A DNA stretch of 64,000 nucleotides from Mobula hypostoma. Lineage: Eukaryota. The notes below the pieces were generated by a model, which was given only the letters and a program-made list of their open reading frames with translations, did not search any database and was not told where the DNA came from. The position numbers were made by a program, and so were the translations under genes. This document shows positions 12,755 through 25,105 of the stretch, piece after piece (position 1 is the stretch's first letter; every line of letters starts with the position of its first letter). The DNA is taken from NCBI RefSeq assembly GCF_963921235.1, contig NC_086097.1, positions 134,294,001 to 134,358,000 on the forward strand, in the 5' to 3' direction.

Positions 12755-13281
12755 ACACATCTGCCGGATGATGCTGAGGATGTTCTACAAGTCTGTGGTG
12801 GCCAGTGCGATCATGTTTGCTGTTGTGTGCTGGGGCAGCAGGCTGAGGGTAGCAGACACCAACAGAATCAACAAACTCATTCGTAAGGCCAGTGATGTTA
12901 TGTGGATGGAACTGGACTCTCTCACGGTGGTGTTTGAAAAGAGGATGCTGTCCAAGTTGCATGCCATCTTGGACAATGTCTCCCATCCACCACATAATGT
13001 ACTGGTTGGGCACAGGAGTACATTCAGCCAGAGACTCATTCCACCGAGATGCAACACAGAGCGTCATAGGAAGTCATTCCTGCCTGTGGCCATCAAACCT
13101 TACAACTCCTCCCTTGGAGGGTCAGACACCCTGAGCCAATAGGCTGGTCCTGGACTTATTTCCTGGCATAATTTACATATTACTATTTATGGTTTTATTA
13201 CTATTTAATTATTTATGGTGCAACTGTAACGAAAACCGATTTCCCCCGGGATCAATGAAGTATAACTATGACAATGACTAT
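12755..13281 (+). mobile_element. Rex1/Babar LINE 3' end with open ORF C-terminus
   Basis: LRMFYKSVVASAIMFAVVCWG...HAILDNVSHP...RCNTERHRKSFLPVAIK, then a 3' UTR and ctatga tail. Confidence 0.9.
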
Positions 13282-13784
13282 TTGAGCCGGAGGGTTACAG
13301 TTGTGCTCATCTGAATAAAAAAACACACACACACACGACTTAAAGGTGTACCACAAACCACTTTGCAACACATTCTAATGTCAAAAGTGCTACATGAGAA
13401 CAAGTTTATCTTGCAGTATTTAATACTTTACAAAGAGCACTCGGAACTGGAGGAGATATTACATGTTTTTGAATGGACAAATTTCTCTCCAAACCCATCA
13501 ATAGGACTCAGAATGGAGGTACAATAACATCAGCACAAGCAGCAACTCCTGCATACACAAAATGTACCCCCAGATTAAAAGTGCCAACATGGGCTCTGAT
13601 CATTCTCCAACATGTGCTTTAGAAGACATATTTTCCACTCCAGGCACTGCTTCTAGTTTTGTTAGTTTAATTACTTGCATAAATACCTCTGACTGATTAG
13701 GTGGCTAAATCAGATTTCAAAAGTGAAGTAATAAGTTCAAAGATTGATCCTTCTAAATTAAGCTAGTATTTATATTAGGCACAT

Positions 13785-14892
13785 CTTTGAGAAAGTAACA
13801 GGAAGAATAGACAAAGGAGAATCAGGGAATGCTGTTTCCTTGGATTTTCAGAAAGCCCATGACAAGGTGCCACACATGAAGCTGCTAAACAAGACAGCAG
13901 CCCTTTGTTGGTATTGCAGGTAGTATAGATAGCAGATTGGCTGACAGGCAGAAGGCAGAATGGGAATAAAAGAGGCCTTTTCTGTTGGATGTCAGGGACC
14001 AATTGAGGAAGCAGGGATTCTGCATAAGGATTTGGACAGGTTGACCGAATGGGCAAAGCAGTGGCAGATGGAATACAGCACATGGAAGTGTGCAATCATG
14101 TACTTTGTAGAAGGATTAAAGGCATAGTTCATTTTCTAAAGGGGAGAGCATTCAGAAATCGGAGGTGCAAAGGGACTTGGGAGTCCTAGTGCAGGATTCC
14201 CTAAGGGTTAACTTACAGGTTGAGGCAGTGGGCAAGTGAAATGTTACCATTCATTTGGAGAGGACTAGAATGGAAAAGCCAGGATATAATGCTGAGGCTT
14301 TATAAGGTGATGACCAGACCACATTGAGAGCATTTTGGGCCCATATCTAAGGAAGGATGTGCTCGTGGCAGAGAGAGTCCAGAGGTTTATTACAATAATC
14401 TGAGAGATGCAAGGGTAACACAAGAGGAACATCTGATGGCTCTGGGCTGTACTCGCTAGAATTTAGAAGGATGATGGCAGTAGTGGCCGGGGGGGGGGGG
14501 CGGGGGGGCAAAGCTCATTGAATACTACTGAATATTGAAAGGACAAGACTAAGTGGATGTGGAGAGGATGTTTCTAAAAGTGGGAGAGTCCAGGACCAGA
14601 GCGTACAGCTTCAGAATAGAAGGATGTTGCTTCAGAACAGAAATGAGGAGGAATTTCTTTAGCCAGAGGGTGCTGAATCTGTGGAATTCACTGCCACAGA
14701 CAGCTGTGGGGCAAGCTATTGTGTGTATTTAAAACATAGGTTGAAAGGTACTTGGTTAGTTAAAGGTGTCAAACGTTACAGGGAAAAGGGAGAGAATAGG
14801 GTTGACAGGTGATAATATATCAATCATGATTGAATATTAGAGAAGACTTGATAGGCTGAATGGTCTAATTCTGTTCCTAACTCTTATGGTAT
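13785..14892 (+). mobile_element. Degenerate CR1 LINE (RT to 3' UTR, internal deletion)
   Basis: LDFQK..DKVPH, FRTEMRRNFFSQRVLNLWNSLP; 3' end 'ctaattctgttcctaactcttatgg'. Confidence 0.9.
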
Positions 14893-15399
14893 TACAGACA
14901 TGGAGCAATGATAACTGCAATAGATACTGCATCTGTAAAAATGGATATGTGTAACAACTGAGGTAAAAAAAAAGTATTGACCCTACTTTGAAGATTTCTT
15001 CCTAACAGCATTTAGTTGAACAGACTGCACAAGTTCTGTGAATGGGCTCCATTTTTACATAAGTTGATATTTCCCATTAAATTGGAAAGTACACAAAAAT
15101 CAAACAATGTTATCACTACACCTCCACAGTTTTATAATAGCATCAGAAGCACACAAAACTGATTAGGAAGTATAACTACAAAAAGTAGAGAGAGAGAAAA
15201 ATAGTTCTGCTATTCAAAGGAACAAATGTATATTCATACATCAGACTTTTTAATTGCATGATATTATAGGAGTTAAATCAAAATATAGAGGTATTCATAA
15301 GTCAGGCATTTTTAACCTAGGGGTCATCTGTACTTTGCAAACTTGCTATTACAATGGCCAAATTGGCACCATTCATTTCAAGAAAGGTCAAGGACAGGT

Positions 15400-15725
15400 T
15401 GTTCAAAGGTCAAATTTAATGTCAGAGAAATGTATACAATATACATCCTGAAATACTTTTTCTTTGCAAACATTCAGGAAAACAGAGAAGTGCCCCAAAG
15501 AATGAACAACAGTTAAACATGAGAATCCCAAAGTCCCCCTCAAGCTCCCCCCTCCTGCGCGTAAGTGGCAGCGATCTACGATCCCCCGCCCCCCACCAGC
15601 AAAAAAAAACACACATCAGTACCATCACCGAGCCCAAGCGTGTGCTAAGCAATAGCAAAGCCACAGACCAGAGTTACCCCAAAAGCTTCGCATTTCATCC
15701 GAAATTCGACAAACCACAAGCAAGG
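15400..15725 (-). mobile_element. Non-autonomous retroposon with a Rex1-like (ctttgaa) tail
   Basis: Tail 'gttcaaaggtcaaatttaatgtcagagaaatgtatacaatatacatcctga', related to the reverse complement of 32200-32283. Confidence 0.45.
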
Positions 15726-16866
15726 GAGAAAGAGGTGTCCCCCATTTTCGTTGGCAACTGTGCTTTCCATGTTCAGTTGTTCAGGACTGTGCATCACTAA
15801 ACTGATTTGGTAGAAGAGGAATGGAATGATTCTGTTACATTGTGCCCTTGTTTCAGTACATTGAGACAATAAGAAAACAGCATATTGTGGAAGAACCTTT
15901 CATCACCTCAATCTACTAACACCACACTGGCAGTCTGAAATTGATCTCATTTAATTTTCAATTAAGGAAAAGTTTAGGGGCAGAAAACTAAGGGCAAAAA
16001 AGAAGTTCTGCCCTACTTTTTTTAAAATGTCAGAAAGTTGGTAAAAGGGTTAAGTAAATTATAAAGTGCATCATTTATCGGAATATACCTTACCAAGAAG
16101 CATACCAAACAGGGATTTGTTTAGATTACCACAACACTGGGCTAACAATATTTATGCTATATTTACCTGAGGACAGCAATTGGATGATATTTACTCTTAA
16201 GAATTGCTAAATATAGTCTTTTACAGAATACCGGCACCACCATAGTGGGAGGTTTGTTCTGATGTACATCTTTAAACTGACAGGCTGTAGAATTTCTAAT
16301 GAATGCCTTCTTTCTACTGTATGTCTGTATATATTTGACAGTATAAATATTTAGCAATATCTGAGTCAGCTTGTGATTTTACCCAGATGGACTGATTGAT
16401 GTCTCATTTTGACATTGCCAAAGATGATGTGTGTAGTTACACAAAATGCTTTCTTTCTTTCTCCTATTTCACAAGCAGCAATTAGGCAGCTGATCACAAG
16501 CACTCTTAAGTGTCTTAAATAGCGAAAAATACTTTTAGCAGTTACTGTTTTCTTCACAGGAATAAATTAAGTTTAAAACATTCTGTAACTTTAACAGATT
16601 AGCAATTTGCAAGCAAAAACCATAAGGGTTAAGTTGAGTTACAAAATAAGTACACAATCAACAACAAAGTGTATCAGAACAATAATTAATGATGCAATTA
16701 AAATGCACAACTGCAATGTTTGCCCATGGAATATGTCTAAATTGACATATTCCCAAAACAAGCTCAAAACAAATCTGATCTATTTAGTTATGTATTAGTG
16801 TCAAAAGGGTTAAACATCTTCCTTTTAGAGCCTGCAAGAATTTTATCAATTATAAACATTCTTTAC

Positions 16867-16954
16867 CTGTGAAGGAGAGTCCCTGCCTCTGATATCAATC
16901 ATTATACTGGATGTAAAGGTATCAATTCCATTAATATAGAAATGGAGATAATTA
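16867..16954 (-). CDS. Candidate 88-nt internal exon (NYLHFYINGIDTFTSSIMIDIRGRDSPSQ), gene unknown
   Basis: Minus strand cttgtcctgtttcacag|...CAG|gtaaag, open frame, in a repeat-poor block. Confidence 0.25.
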
Positions 16955-18060
16955 CTGTGAAACAGGACAAGATTTATTCATCAATCTTTACTTTAAAAAA
17001 AAAACAGAATTACCATAGGTCTGGCAATGCACACAATTCAACATTTAAAACTGCAATACTGTTTTGTGGTTTGGAAAACCTATAGGGACCAATTTTACCC
17101 CCATGAAAACAATGTGTTATACAAAACCTGGGCTAGAATCTCTATTTATGCTACCAACGGTCCTTGCAATGTACATAAGAACACGGGGAGAACACGTTCT
17201 CACTGCCCATAAAAGTGCTCACAATGTAAAATTCTTAAAAACAAACAGAACAAGGCTTCCTGACAAGTGAAGAAATGAGGCCCTGCTGCTTGTTCAACTA
17301 AGCCCCTGTAAACCTACAGCAGGCGTACAGATATAACTGTAGCACATCCCCATTAGTCTACTGATTTTGGCTCCACAAAATGCGGATCAGCCATTTGACA
17401 CAGTGACAATTCTCATTTCTTTTAAAGCATTTTTTTTTGAGAATGGGTAGTTGCGAAACAATAAATTAAAATAAATGTATTCCATTCTAGGTAGTTTCCA
17501 TTTTATTGCATTTGAATTGTAGTAAATTTGCTATTGACCAGATATGGACTGTGCAGCCCTCAAGCTTAATCCAATGACCTCCATTCACTTGATTATTATA
17601 TATTGTTCCCTCAATCTATCAGCCTACCCAGACCCAATTACTGACAGTCATTGTGCTCTTCTCTTGTAACCCAAAGAAAAGAAAAACAGCAAAAACAGAG
17701 AGTAGAGATGGTTAAATTTTATGAGTGATGACAGGTTTCAGACAACACACACACACATACAATATACATTGCAGTGGTAGGATTACATACACACAAATGA
17801 ATGAAAAATGACTGTACCTGATGGGCAAAGTTTCAAGTAAGGCGTATTGTTTCACAAAATATGTCATCAGAAAAATATGTATTAACTCTAATCAGTGAAA
17901 ATGGTGTGATTCATTGCTTAATTTCAGGATGCCAGGCTGTAAATTATATCAGGGCTGCCATAACTAATTTTTGCAGTACACTGCCAGATGACAAATGAAA
18001 TGTCCGTGTGACCACAAGTGTAAAGCTTCCATCTTTCCTTCACTGCTGAATATTACTTAC

Positions 18061-18096
18061 TCTAATGATGTATAATAGCCCGGAACTACACTTAAC
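18061..18096 (-). CDS. Candidate 36-nt exon (LSVVPGYYTSL), gene unknown
   Basis: Minus strand aatgcatag|...AGA|gtaagt; phase-compatible with 16867-16954. Confidence 0.15.
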
Positions 18097-18598
18097 CTAT
18101 GCATTAAGTGATAGCAAAAACTGTTTACCTAAAGTTATGAAGGAAAACATACTAAGAAACTGAAGCTGTTGTTTTAACCTCCGCTGCTCCGGATCCATCT
18201 ATTTTCACTAGGGATGATAAATGATAGTATCGATTGATTGCGAAATTATTTTTCACAGAATATTGAATTTCAGCTGCCTGAATACTGAGCATTTTGTGCA
18301 GAACATTAACTTTTTCTGTCATATAATAACGTCATAATTACACCATGTAAAACTGTTATGATTAATATGAGCAAAGTATGAAAAATTGTATCATGTCACA
18401 ATATTACCCCTTTGTTGCAGCTGCCTACATGCACCATATATATATATTGTGCAGCAACTCAGTAATATATTTTATCAGTAATGATAAGTTTCAGGGAGAG
18501 ATGTAAGTGTACACATACTGCATGCATGCAAGCAAACACAAAGATAAAAAACTAGACAGGAAAAAAGCGTGCAATCGTACTTGCACACGTACCCCCGT

Positions 18599-18607
18599 GC
18601 GCGCGCG

Positions 18608-18640
<33 letters not shown>
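18599..18640. repeat. Compound microsatellite (GC)9(AC)12
   Basis: Read directly. Confidence 0.95.
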
Positions 18641-18641
<1 letters not shown>

Positions 18642-20644
18642 AAATACAGTTGGTTTCAGCGCATTGCAAAAAACATAAGGGATGAAATTCCATTTATGAA
18701 GCACCTCTTACAACTTCAGGGCAGACCAAAACACCACTGAACCAGTCTTAAAACACAGTTGTTACTCCTCAGTACCTAAATCCTGTAGCAAAGAGTCACA
18801 GCTTATATAATGTAAATAACTAATGTTATCATGTCAGTTCAGTTCTAAGCCACATTCTTAACATGATTTGATTGTACTATTTAAAAAGTAAAGCATCTTT
18901 TATAAACAAGACCGTTTACAATAACTCCGAAACCAAAAATATTTTAAGACTTCAAAAATTAGTGTTAGATAAATAAAAACGGAAATACCAGTTGACCAGT
19001 GTAAATATTTTTAGACGCAAACATATTTGAAAATTTGCAACCTTAAATATACTTAGATTCTATTATTCTAAAGCTTACGGATTTTTTAAACAGCTAAGAT
19101 ACCATTCAGCAATGCAATATAAAACATTCCTCCCAGCTCTCAGGTTTCCGGAGAACAGAGGAATTGTTGAGAGAAAAGTATTAGGAAAAAATGTGAATTC
19201 TAAGAAATTGCTTTTCCTCTTTAACACATCTATTTAAGTAGCTGTAATGTCCCAATGAAGGCAGCAAAATAAATGATTTATTATTATTCTAGTTTCATTA
19301 TTATTTAACTTGATCCTAACATTTTTCCAATATAATATTCAACTTCAAGCCGGTTAGAGAAATTCACCTGGAGATTCATTCCTAGTCAGTAATGGTATAT
19401 AATAGCTGATGAAAGGTTGTCAGCCTGATTCATTAGCTCTATTTCTTTTCATATAGATGCCGACTGACTGGTTGAGTATTCTCAGCATTTTGTTTTTGTT
19501 GTTATATGATGTATGGCAGCATCAGTATACTGTATTGTCCCCTGCATTTGTAATTTATTCTGCTGAAGTCAATGGAGTTCAAAGTGCAGATACTACCAAG
19601 TTGGATGGACTTTCAGGATACTTTCTCTGGCAAGGGAGCCTGGAACAAAGATGGGATCTTGTTTAAAGTCAGGCCTTTCAACATTGATGACAGAGTTTTA
19701 CACAAAGCATAGAGGAAATCTGAAAACACAAATGCTGCTGGTGATGATCAGGGCAAAACCTGGATATATGTCAGGCAAAAGTAAAGAGAGTTCAGAGCCA
19801 AGGTAAGTGGATGGAATCAACAAACAGATCAGCTACTATTTGAATAAACAGTCAAACAGGCCAAAGAGGTTTATGGTCTAACTGTGTTTTGATGTTCTCT
19901 AGGCCAAATTACATGGGCAGAAAAACATTGGTGCCTTTCCCCTTCAAACCACATAAAATGACAGCTTGTATTTTTAGAAGCTGTTCTTCTTTAGCATATT
20001 CATTATGATTAATTTATAAAGTCCCTCATTCTTTCCAGTCACTTATTCAGAACATTTTGGAGAGCTTCCAGTCAGTGGATTGGAGCTATTTGGCACCCTT
20101 TGGGACCTGGCTCTGTATCTGGTACAGGCTGGCAGGGAAAAAGTAATTTCCTTCTGATGAGCACCAAGCAAAATTGGTTTATAACAGTGTCAACCCAAAT
20201 GTGAATGAAGATACATCTGTGCCAAGTATGGCATGATCTTGGACAATCTCATACAAATTGATAATGCTTGCTTGTAATGGGAAAAGGAGCTACGCAATAG
20301 TGTCAAGGGGATGTCAAAGCAAATTGTTGCAGCAGTATAGAAAATGACGTATTTTGCACATCCTGCTGTATAATTAAGTACCTGATTCCATCAACAGGTG
20401 AAGAGAAAGAGGAAATATGTTTCAATACATACCTGTTCTATATTATACCTTGAACAACATGCTAGTTCATATTCTTATAGTGGAGCTTGTTGGAGCTGTT
20501 TTAGTCATAATGTACACATTTACTTGAATTTAGTTGTGATGGGAGAACGTAAGTTGAGAACAATGAAGACAAGGAGAATCTGGATAAAAGTATCAACAAA
20601 GTTATCTTTACTACCAGAGAGAGTCACAGAGGAGGGAACCAGGT

Positions 20645-20710
20645 AGGAGGGAGGGAGAAGAAGGGGGAGGGGGAGAGAGAGGGGGTAGAAGGGAGGGGAG
20701 AAGGAAGAAA
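20645..20710. repeat. GA-rich low-complexity tract
   Basis: Almost pure purine run. Confidence 0.85.
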
Positions 20711-21123
20711 TTGGATGGTCAGAGTTTAAAAGCAACAGAAAGAAGTCTAACTTTTTAAACAAATCTAGTATCCAATTCCAACTGGAAGACTTGCAAATGA
20801 ACAGTTTAAATTACTTCTTTTCTCAGACAGAGTTTTCTCACCAGATGTCAGATGGTTTCTGCATTGGAAACTGAGAAATAAGCCATTATATGTGGTGGGG
20901 GCCACGATCACAAGTGTACTCATGGGAGTTACCCACCACTTCCAGGGTGGACTCTAATATTGCACAGAACCCTTGACCAGGTTGTTGGTGATCTTTACCC
21001 TACTGATTGACAATGAATTCCAAGACTCTGACAAGCTTCACTGTGCACCAAATCATTCTCTGTTGTATCTATCAGCCTCCTTCCATGATCTTCTCAATAA
21101 TAGAACTGAGCTACAACTAGTGC

Positions 21124-21184
21124 AGGTTCCCAACCTTTTTTATGACATGGACCCCTACCATTAACTAAGGGATCCGAGAACTAG
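21124..21184. mobile_element. Short hAT-type MITE remnant
   Basis: 'caggttcccaaccttttt...atggacccctaccattaac...ggatccg' resembles hAT/Charlie CAGGGGTTCCCAACCT termini; the right TIR is degraded. Confidence 0.5.
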
Positions 21185-22743
21185 AGGATCTCCTTACCCT
21201 CTCCTCTTTACAACAAAACCCTGTAGCTGCCACTTCTCAGTGTTACTTTGTTCTTCAATACCTTCCAGGCTAGATATTTCTCCTCCGAAACTGGCAGCAC
21301 ATTCTCCAACCACAATGAGTCTCACCTTTAACAGCTATCCAGCTTTAACCAACAAATGGATGCTGAAAACACATAATATTGTCCCACCCCCATCACACCG
21401 TCACACAACCCACTGATGCAACCACAGGTAAACAGCACTGTGAGTATTGTATGGATGCAGATGCTGCTCACACCAGCAAGGAATGTGAAGTTGCCAAACT
21501 ACCCACGATGGTGTCAGCGGAAGTAAGGTGCATGCACTCCGATCTCTGGGAGGGGAACATCACATTTATGTCCCAAAATATTCAAAGCTAACAAGCCACA
21601 GGTTTAGACACTCTACTTTTGCCAAAGGGCTGCTATTATTATTAACATCATTTGTCTGGATCATTACTCGGAGTCTTGGTTCAACAAGCACTACGAGCAT
21701 GGCAATGTAATAAATGACCACAGAAATCTTGTTAGCTACAGACGGTTTTTATCTGCCAACTCACTACCATCAGCTCCATCTTTCTGAGAAGCTTTAAATC
21801 CCCACTAGGGATGGTGTGTCTATTTGTTTTCCACTAGGTTACTACTCTGTCTATTGTTATTTGGATTAAAATGGGTGAATTCAATTCATTCAGATGACAC
21901 AAAAAACACTGATACAGTAATTTCTTTTGCCCGAGAGGTAACACAAAGTTGCTGAACGCAGGCTACATCTAGCAGGGTATGCAGCACCAACAAGCTCGCA
22001 ATGGACTCTCTTCTGTTTAGCTACAGAAAGTTTTTCATGGTTTGTAAGTGTTGGATAATTTTTTGAGGCTAGCAGTGAAACTGGAATGATATTCCCCTGC
22101 AGTTTATGAAATCAAATGTTAGATTTCAAGATCAATTTACACGGAGCCAAGATAAACACACCTAAGTCATTAATTTTTAACAGGCTCTGAATCAGAAGTT
22201 TTTTTTATTGGTGAACCCAGTTTTTAATTTTCATGTAATCAACAGTATCGAAAGACAACATTTAGCCCATTGTACCTGATCAGCTCTTTGAATGAAAAAT
22301 GGTTAGAAATCACGCAGTTTTATCAATGTGATTCTGGATTGAAGCCAGTTGAATCAGCTGAGGTAGGAAATTTCTTTTGAGCCTTATATTAATTGTGGAT
22401 CATCTCAGCACAAAACTGAACCAAGATATAGCAAATGTTGTGAGCTATTTGGACAGTGGCTGGAAGATGATGGAGAGAGTAAAGAACTGCTGGTACAATA
22501 AAATGACAGAGAAAAGCATATCATTTTAAAACACACTCCTAACAGTTCTGTTCATCCAAATTATTATCACATAATCTTTTACCTCTTCAGGGTACTTAGA
22601 AGCATCGTTTCATCCCACTCACCTTTTTCACTACCCTCTCTGGAAGCTTTTATTGTCCCACCTCAGCACTGACAAAACTTGCATTAATACCCACACCACT
22701 GATGTCTTAAGCTATCCTCAGGTACACAGTAATCTTAAAAGGG

Positions 22744-22771
22744 TTCAAAGTTCAAAGTAAATTTATTATCA

Positions 22772-22807
<36 letters not shown>

Positions 22808-23484
22808 CCACCATATATATTTTCTTGTAAGCAATCACAGTAAATACAAGAACCACTATAAAACAAGTGAAAGACCGCTCCCAACAGGACAATGTGCAAA
22901 AAAACCCAAATTCTGAAAAGACAAACTGGAAGAGAAGGAAAAAACACTACTAATAATAAATAAATGAGCAATAAGTACTGAGAACATGAGATGAAGAGTC
23001 CTTGAAGGCGAGTCCATCGGTTGTGGGAACAGTTCAGTGCTGGGGCAAGTGAAGGTGAGTGAAGTTATCCCCTCTGGTTCAAGAGCCTGATGGTTGTAGA
23101 GTAATACCTGTTCCTGAGCCTGGTGGTGTGGGTCCTGAGGCTGCTGTACCTCCCTTCTGAAGGCAGCATGAGAAGAGAGCATGGCCTGGGTGTTGGGTGT
23201 CCCTGATGATGCATGTTGTTTTCCTGCACTCAGTGGTGGAGAGGGCTTCACCTGCAATGGATGGGGCCATATCCACCTTTTTGTAGGCTTTTCCATACAA
23301 GGGCATACAAGGGATTCCATACCAGGCCGAGATGCAACCAGCCAATATACTCTCCACCACATATCTATAGAAGTTTGTCAAAGTTTTAAATGACAGACGG
23401 AATGTTCATAAGCTGCTAAGGAAGTAGAGACGCTGCTGTGCTTTCTACATAATGGCACTAATGTGTTGGACCCAGGACAGATCT
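22744..23484 (-). mobile_element. Rex1/Babar LINE 3' portion with an (AAAT)n expansion at 22771-22804
   Basis: TNFYRYVVESILAGCISAWYG...IIRDTQHPGHALFS; (ctttgaa) tail. Confidence 0.85.
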
Positions 23485-23954
23485 TGGCAGAAGTTCACAA
23501 TGAAAGGATTGGAGCAAGGAGGTGACTTTTACAACCAAAGGCCTGAAGCACAAACTTATGACTGCAACCATGATGCATAACCCTTCCTCACCTCTGCTGG
23601 AGGGGATTGATGAAAATATCATTATTCCCCTCCACTGTCCAGCTAGGAGGGATTGAGTTTACCTGGTTCCACCCTTGACCTCCAGCCAGAGAATTTCTTA
23701 CATTGCCTTCTCTTCCTAATTGTGCGACATTACCTCGGTGTTCCCTGCAGATAATCTTTGGTCTGACAGCCAAAGTACTTACCTGGAAAGTATCAGTGTT
23801 GGATAACAGAATATTGGGCAAAATGAATGAGACTTTCATTTTCCTTTAACTAATATTTAGAGCTAATTCTATTTTTACACATAACCAGTAGTTGATACCT
23901 GGAATATGCTGACAGAGAAGGTGGTAGAATTAGGGGATTAGTGTAGATGGGCAA

Positions 23955-24085
23955 AGAAGAGCCTGCAAATGCTGAAAAATGGAGCAACAAACAACCAACT
24001 GAAGAAAGTTAGTCCTGAAGCAGGGTTTCAAACCAAATTGTTGCCAATTCCTTCCCCTCCTATAATTGCTGCTCAACTCACTGTG
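23955..24085. mobile_element. Degenerate inverted Penelope pLTR pair
   Basis: 'gcaaatgctgaaa...' then 'agtcctgaagcagggtttc...gctgctcaactcactg'. Confidence 0.5.
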
Positions 24086-24884
24086 GCCTTGATGGGCTGA
24101 AGGGCCTGTTTCTATATTGCACAACTCTACAACTGTATTATTTTTCAGTTCTTATGTGCATAATTTTAGTTAGAAGCAAGCTATTGCAAGTCATTTTAAA
24201 TCAGGAATAAATATTTTTAAAAATGAAGGCTCCAGCTAGATCTTTACAAAAATGTTGACAGAATTTAGGAATAGTTTTGAAAGAGTCCAAATGTATTATG
24301 GCTTCATAAGCACAGAAAAGCTTTTACAGAATTCCCTCTAGGTGACACTGTCTCCACTTTTACTTTTTCCCAAAAACAGACTTCTTTTTTTTGCTTTATT
24401 TGAGGAAACCTTAGCAGTCTTCAGACAGTACAGCTAAAGGATGCCCAAAACCTCACTGGGGTTAACTAGTTTTGGATTGCTATGATACTTCAATGCATCA
24501 ACTACAGGACACTAAAGTGTCGGTTTCCATTTGCCTCTTGGTGCTCCCTTGCTATAAGGGTTATTATTTTACTGACAATTACATGCATTGTAACTTGGGT
24601 ACTATTATATCTTGTTCTTTGCAAAGCCATCATTTATGGGCACTACTTTCATTGTGTGTTTTGTGGGATATAATTTGGCAAATGCAGGAAATATTTGTTC
24701 AGGTCAGTGTAGAACCTGGCTCAGTTATGTTCTGTCCTTAGGATGCTGCATGATATGCCTCATTCAATCACTCTATAATCACTCCTACAAATTCTGCAGC
24801 CGACGTGAGGCATAACAACACATAACATGTAATATTACCTTACATCATCACAACTATTTGCTATTTACTCCTGACAAAGAAGGG

Positions 24885-25105
24885 ACTGTGGAGATACAAG
24901 TAAATGCAGAAGTTGGAATCTGGAGTAACAATCAATTTGCTGGAGGAACTTAGCAGGTTGAACAGCATCTATGAGGAGGGAAAGACTTGTCGATGTTTCA
25001 GGTTAAGACACTGCATACAGAGTTTTGACCAAAAATACCGACATTTCCTCTCCCCTTCTCCCCCCGCCCCCGCACAGATACTGCTCAACCTGCTAAGGGA
25101 CAGCA
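24885..25105. mobile_element. Degenerate inverted Penelope pLTR pair
   Basis: 'tgctggaggaacttagcaggttgaacagcatct' versus 'agatactgctcaacctgctaag' (reverse-complement arms). Confidence 0.6.

Noticed and set aside
12693..13142. 149-aa ORF as a host gene
   Set aside because: It is the C-terminus of a Rex1/Babar LINE ORF fused to a chance upstream ATG.
15060..15205. Strong minus-strand acceptor (ctctctctctactttttgtag) near 15176
   Set aside because: All three frames hit stops before any good donor.
18205..18295. Possible C/D box snoRNA (ATGATA...CTGA)
   Set aside because: C box is not canonical (no RTGATGA) and there is no terminal stem.
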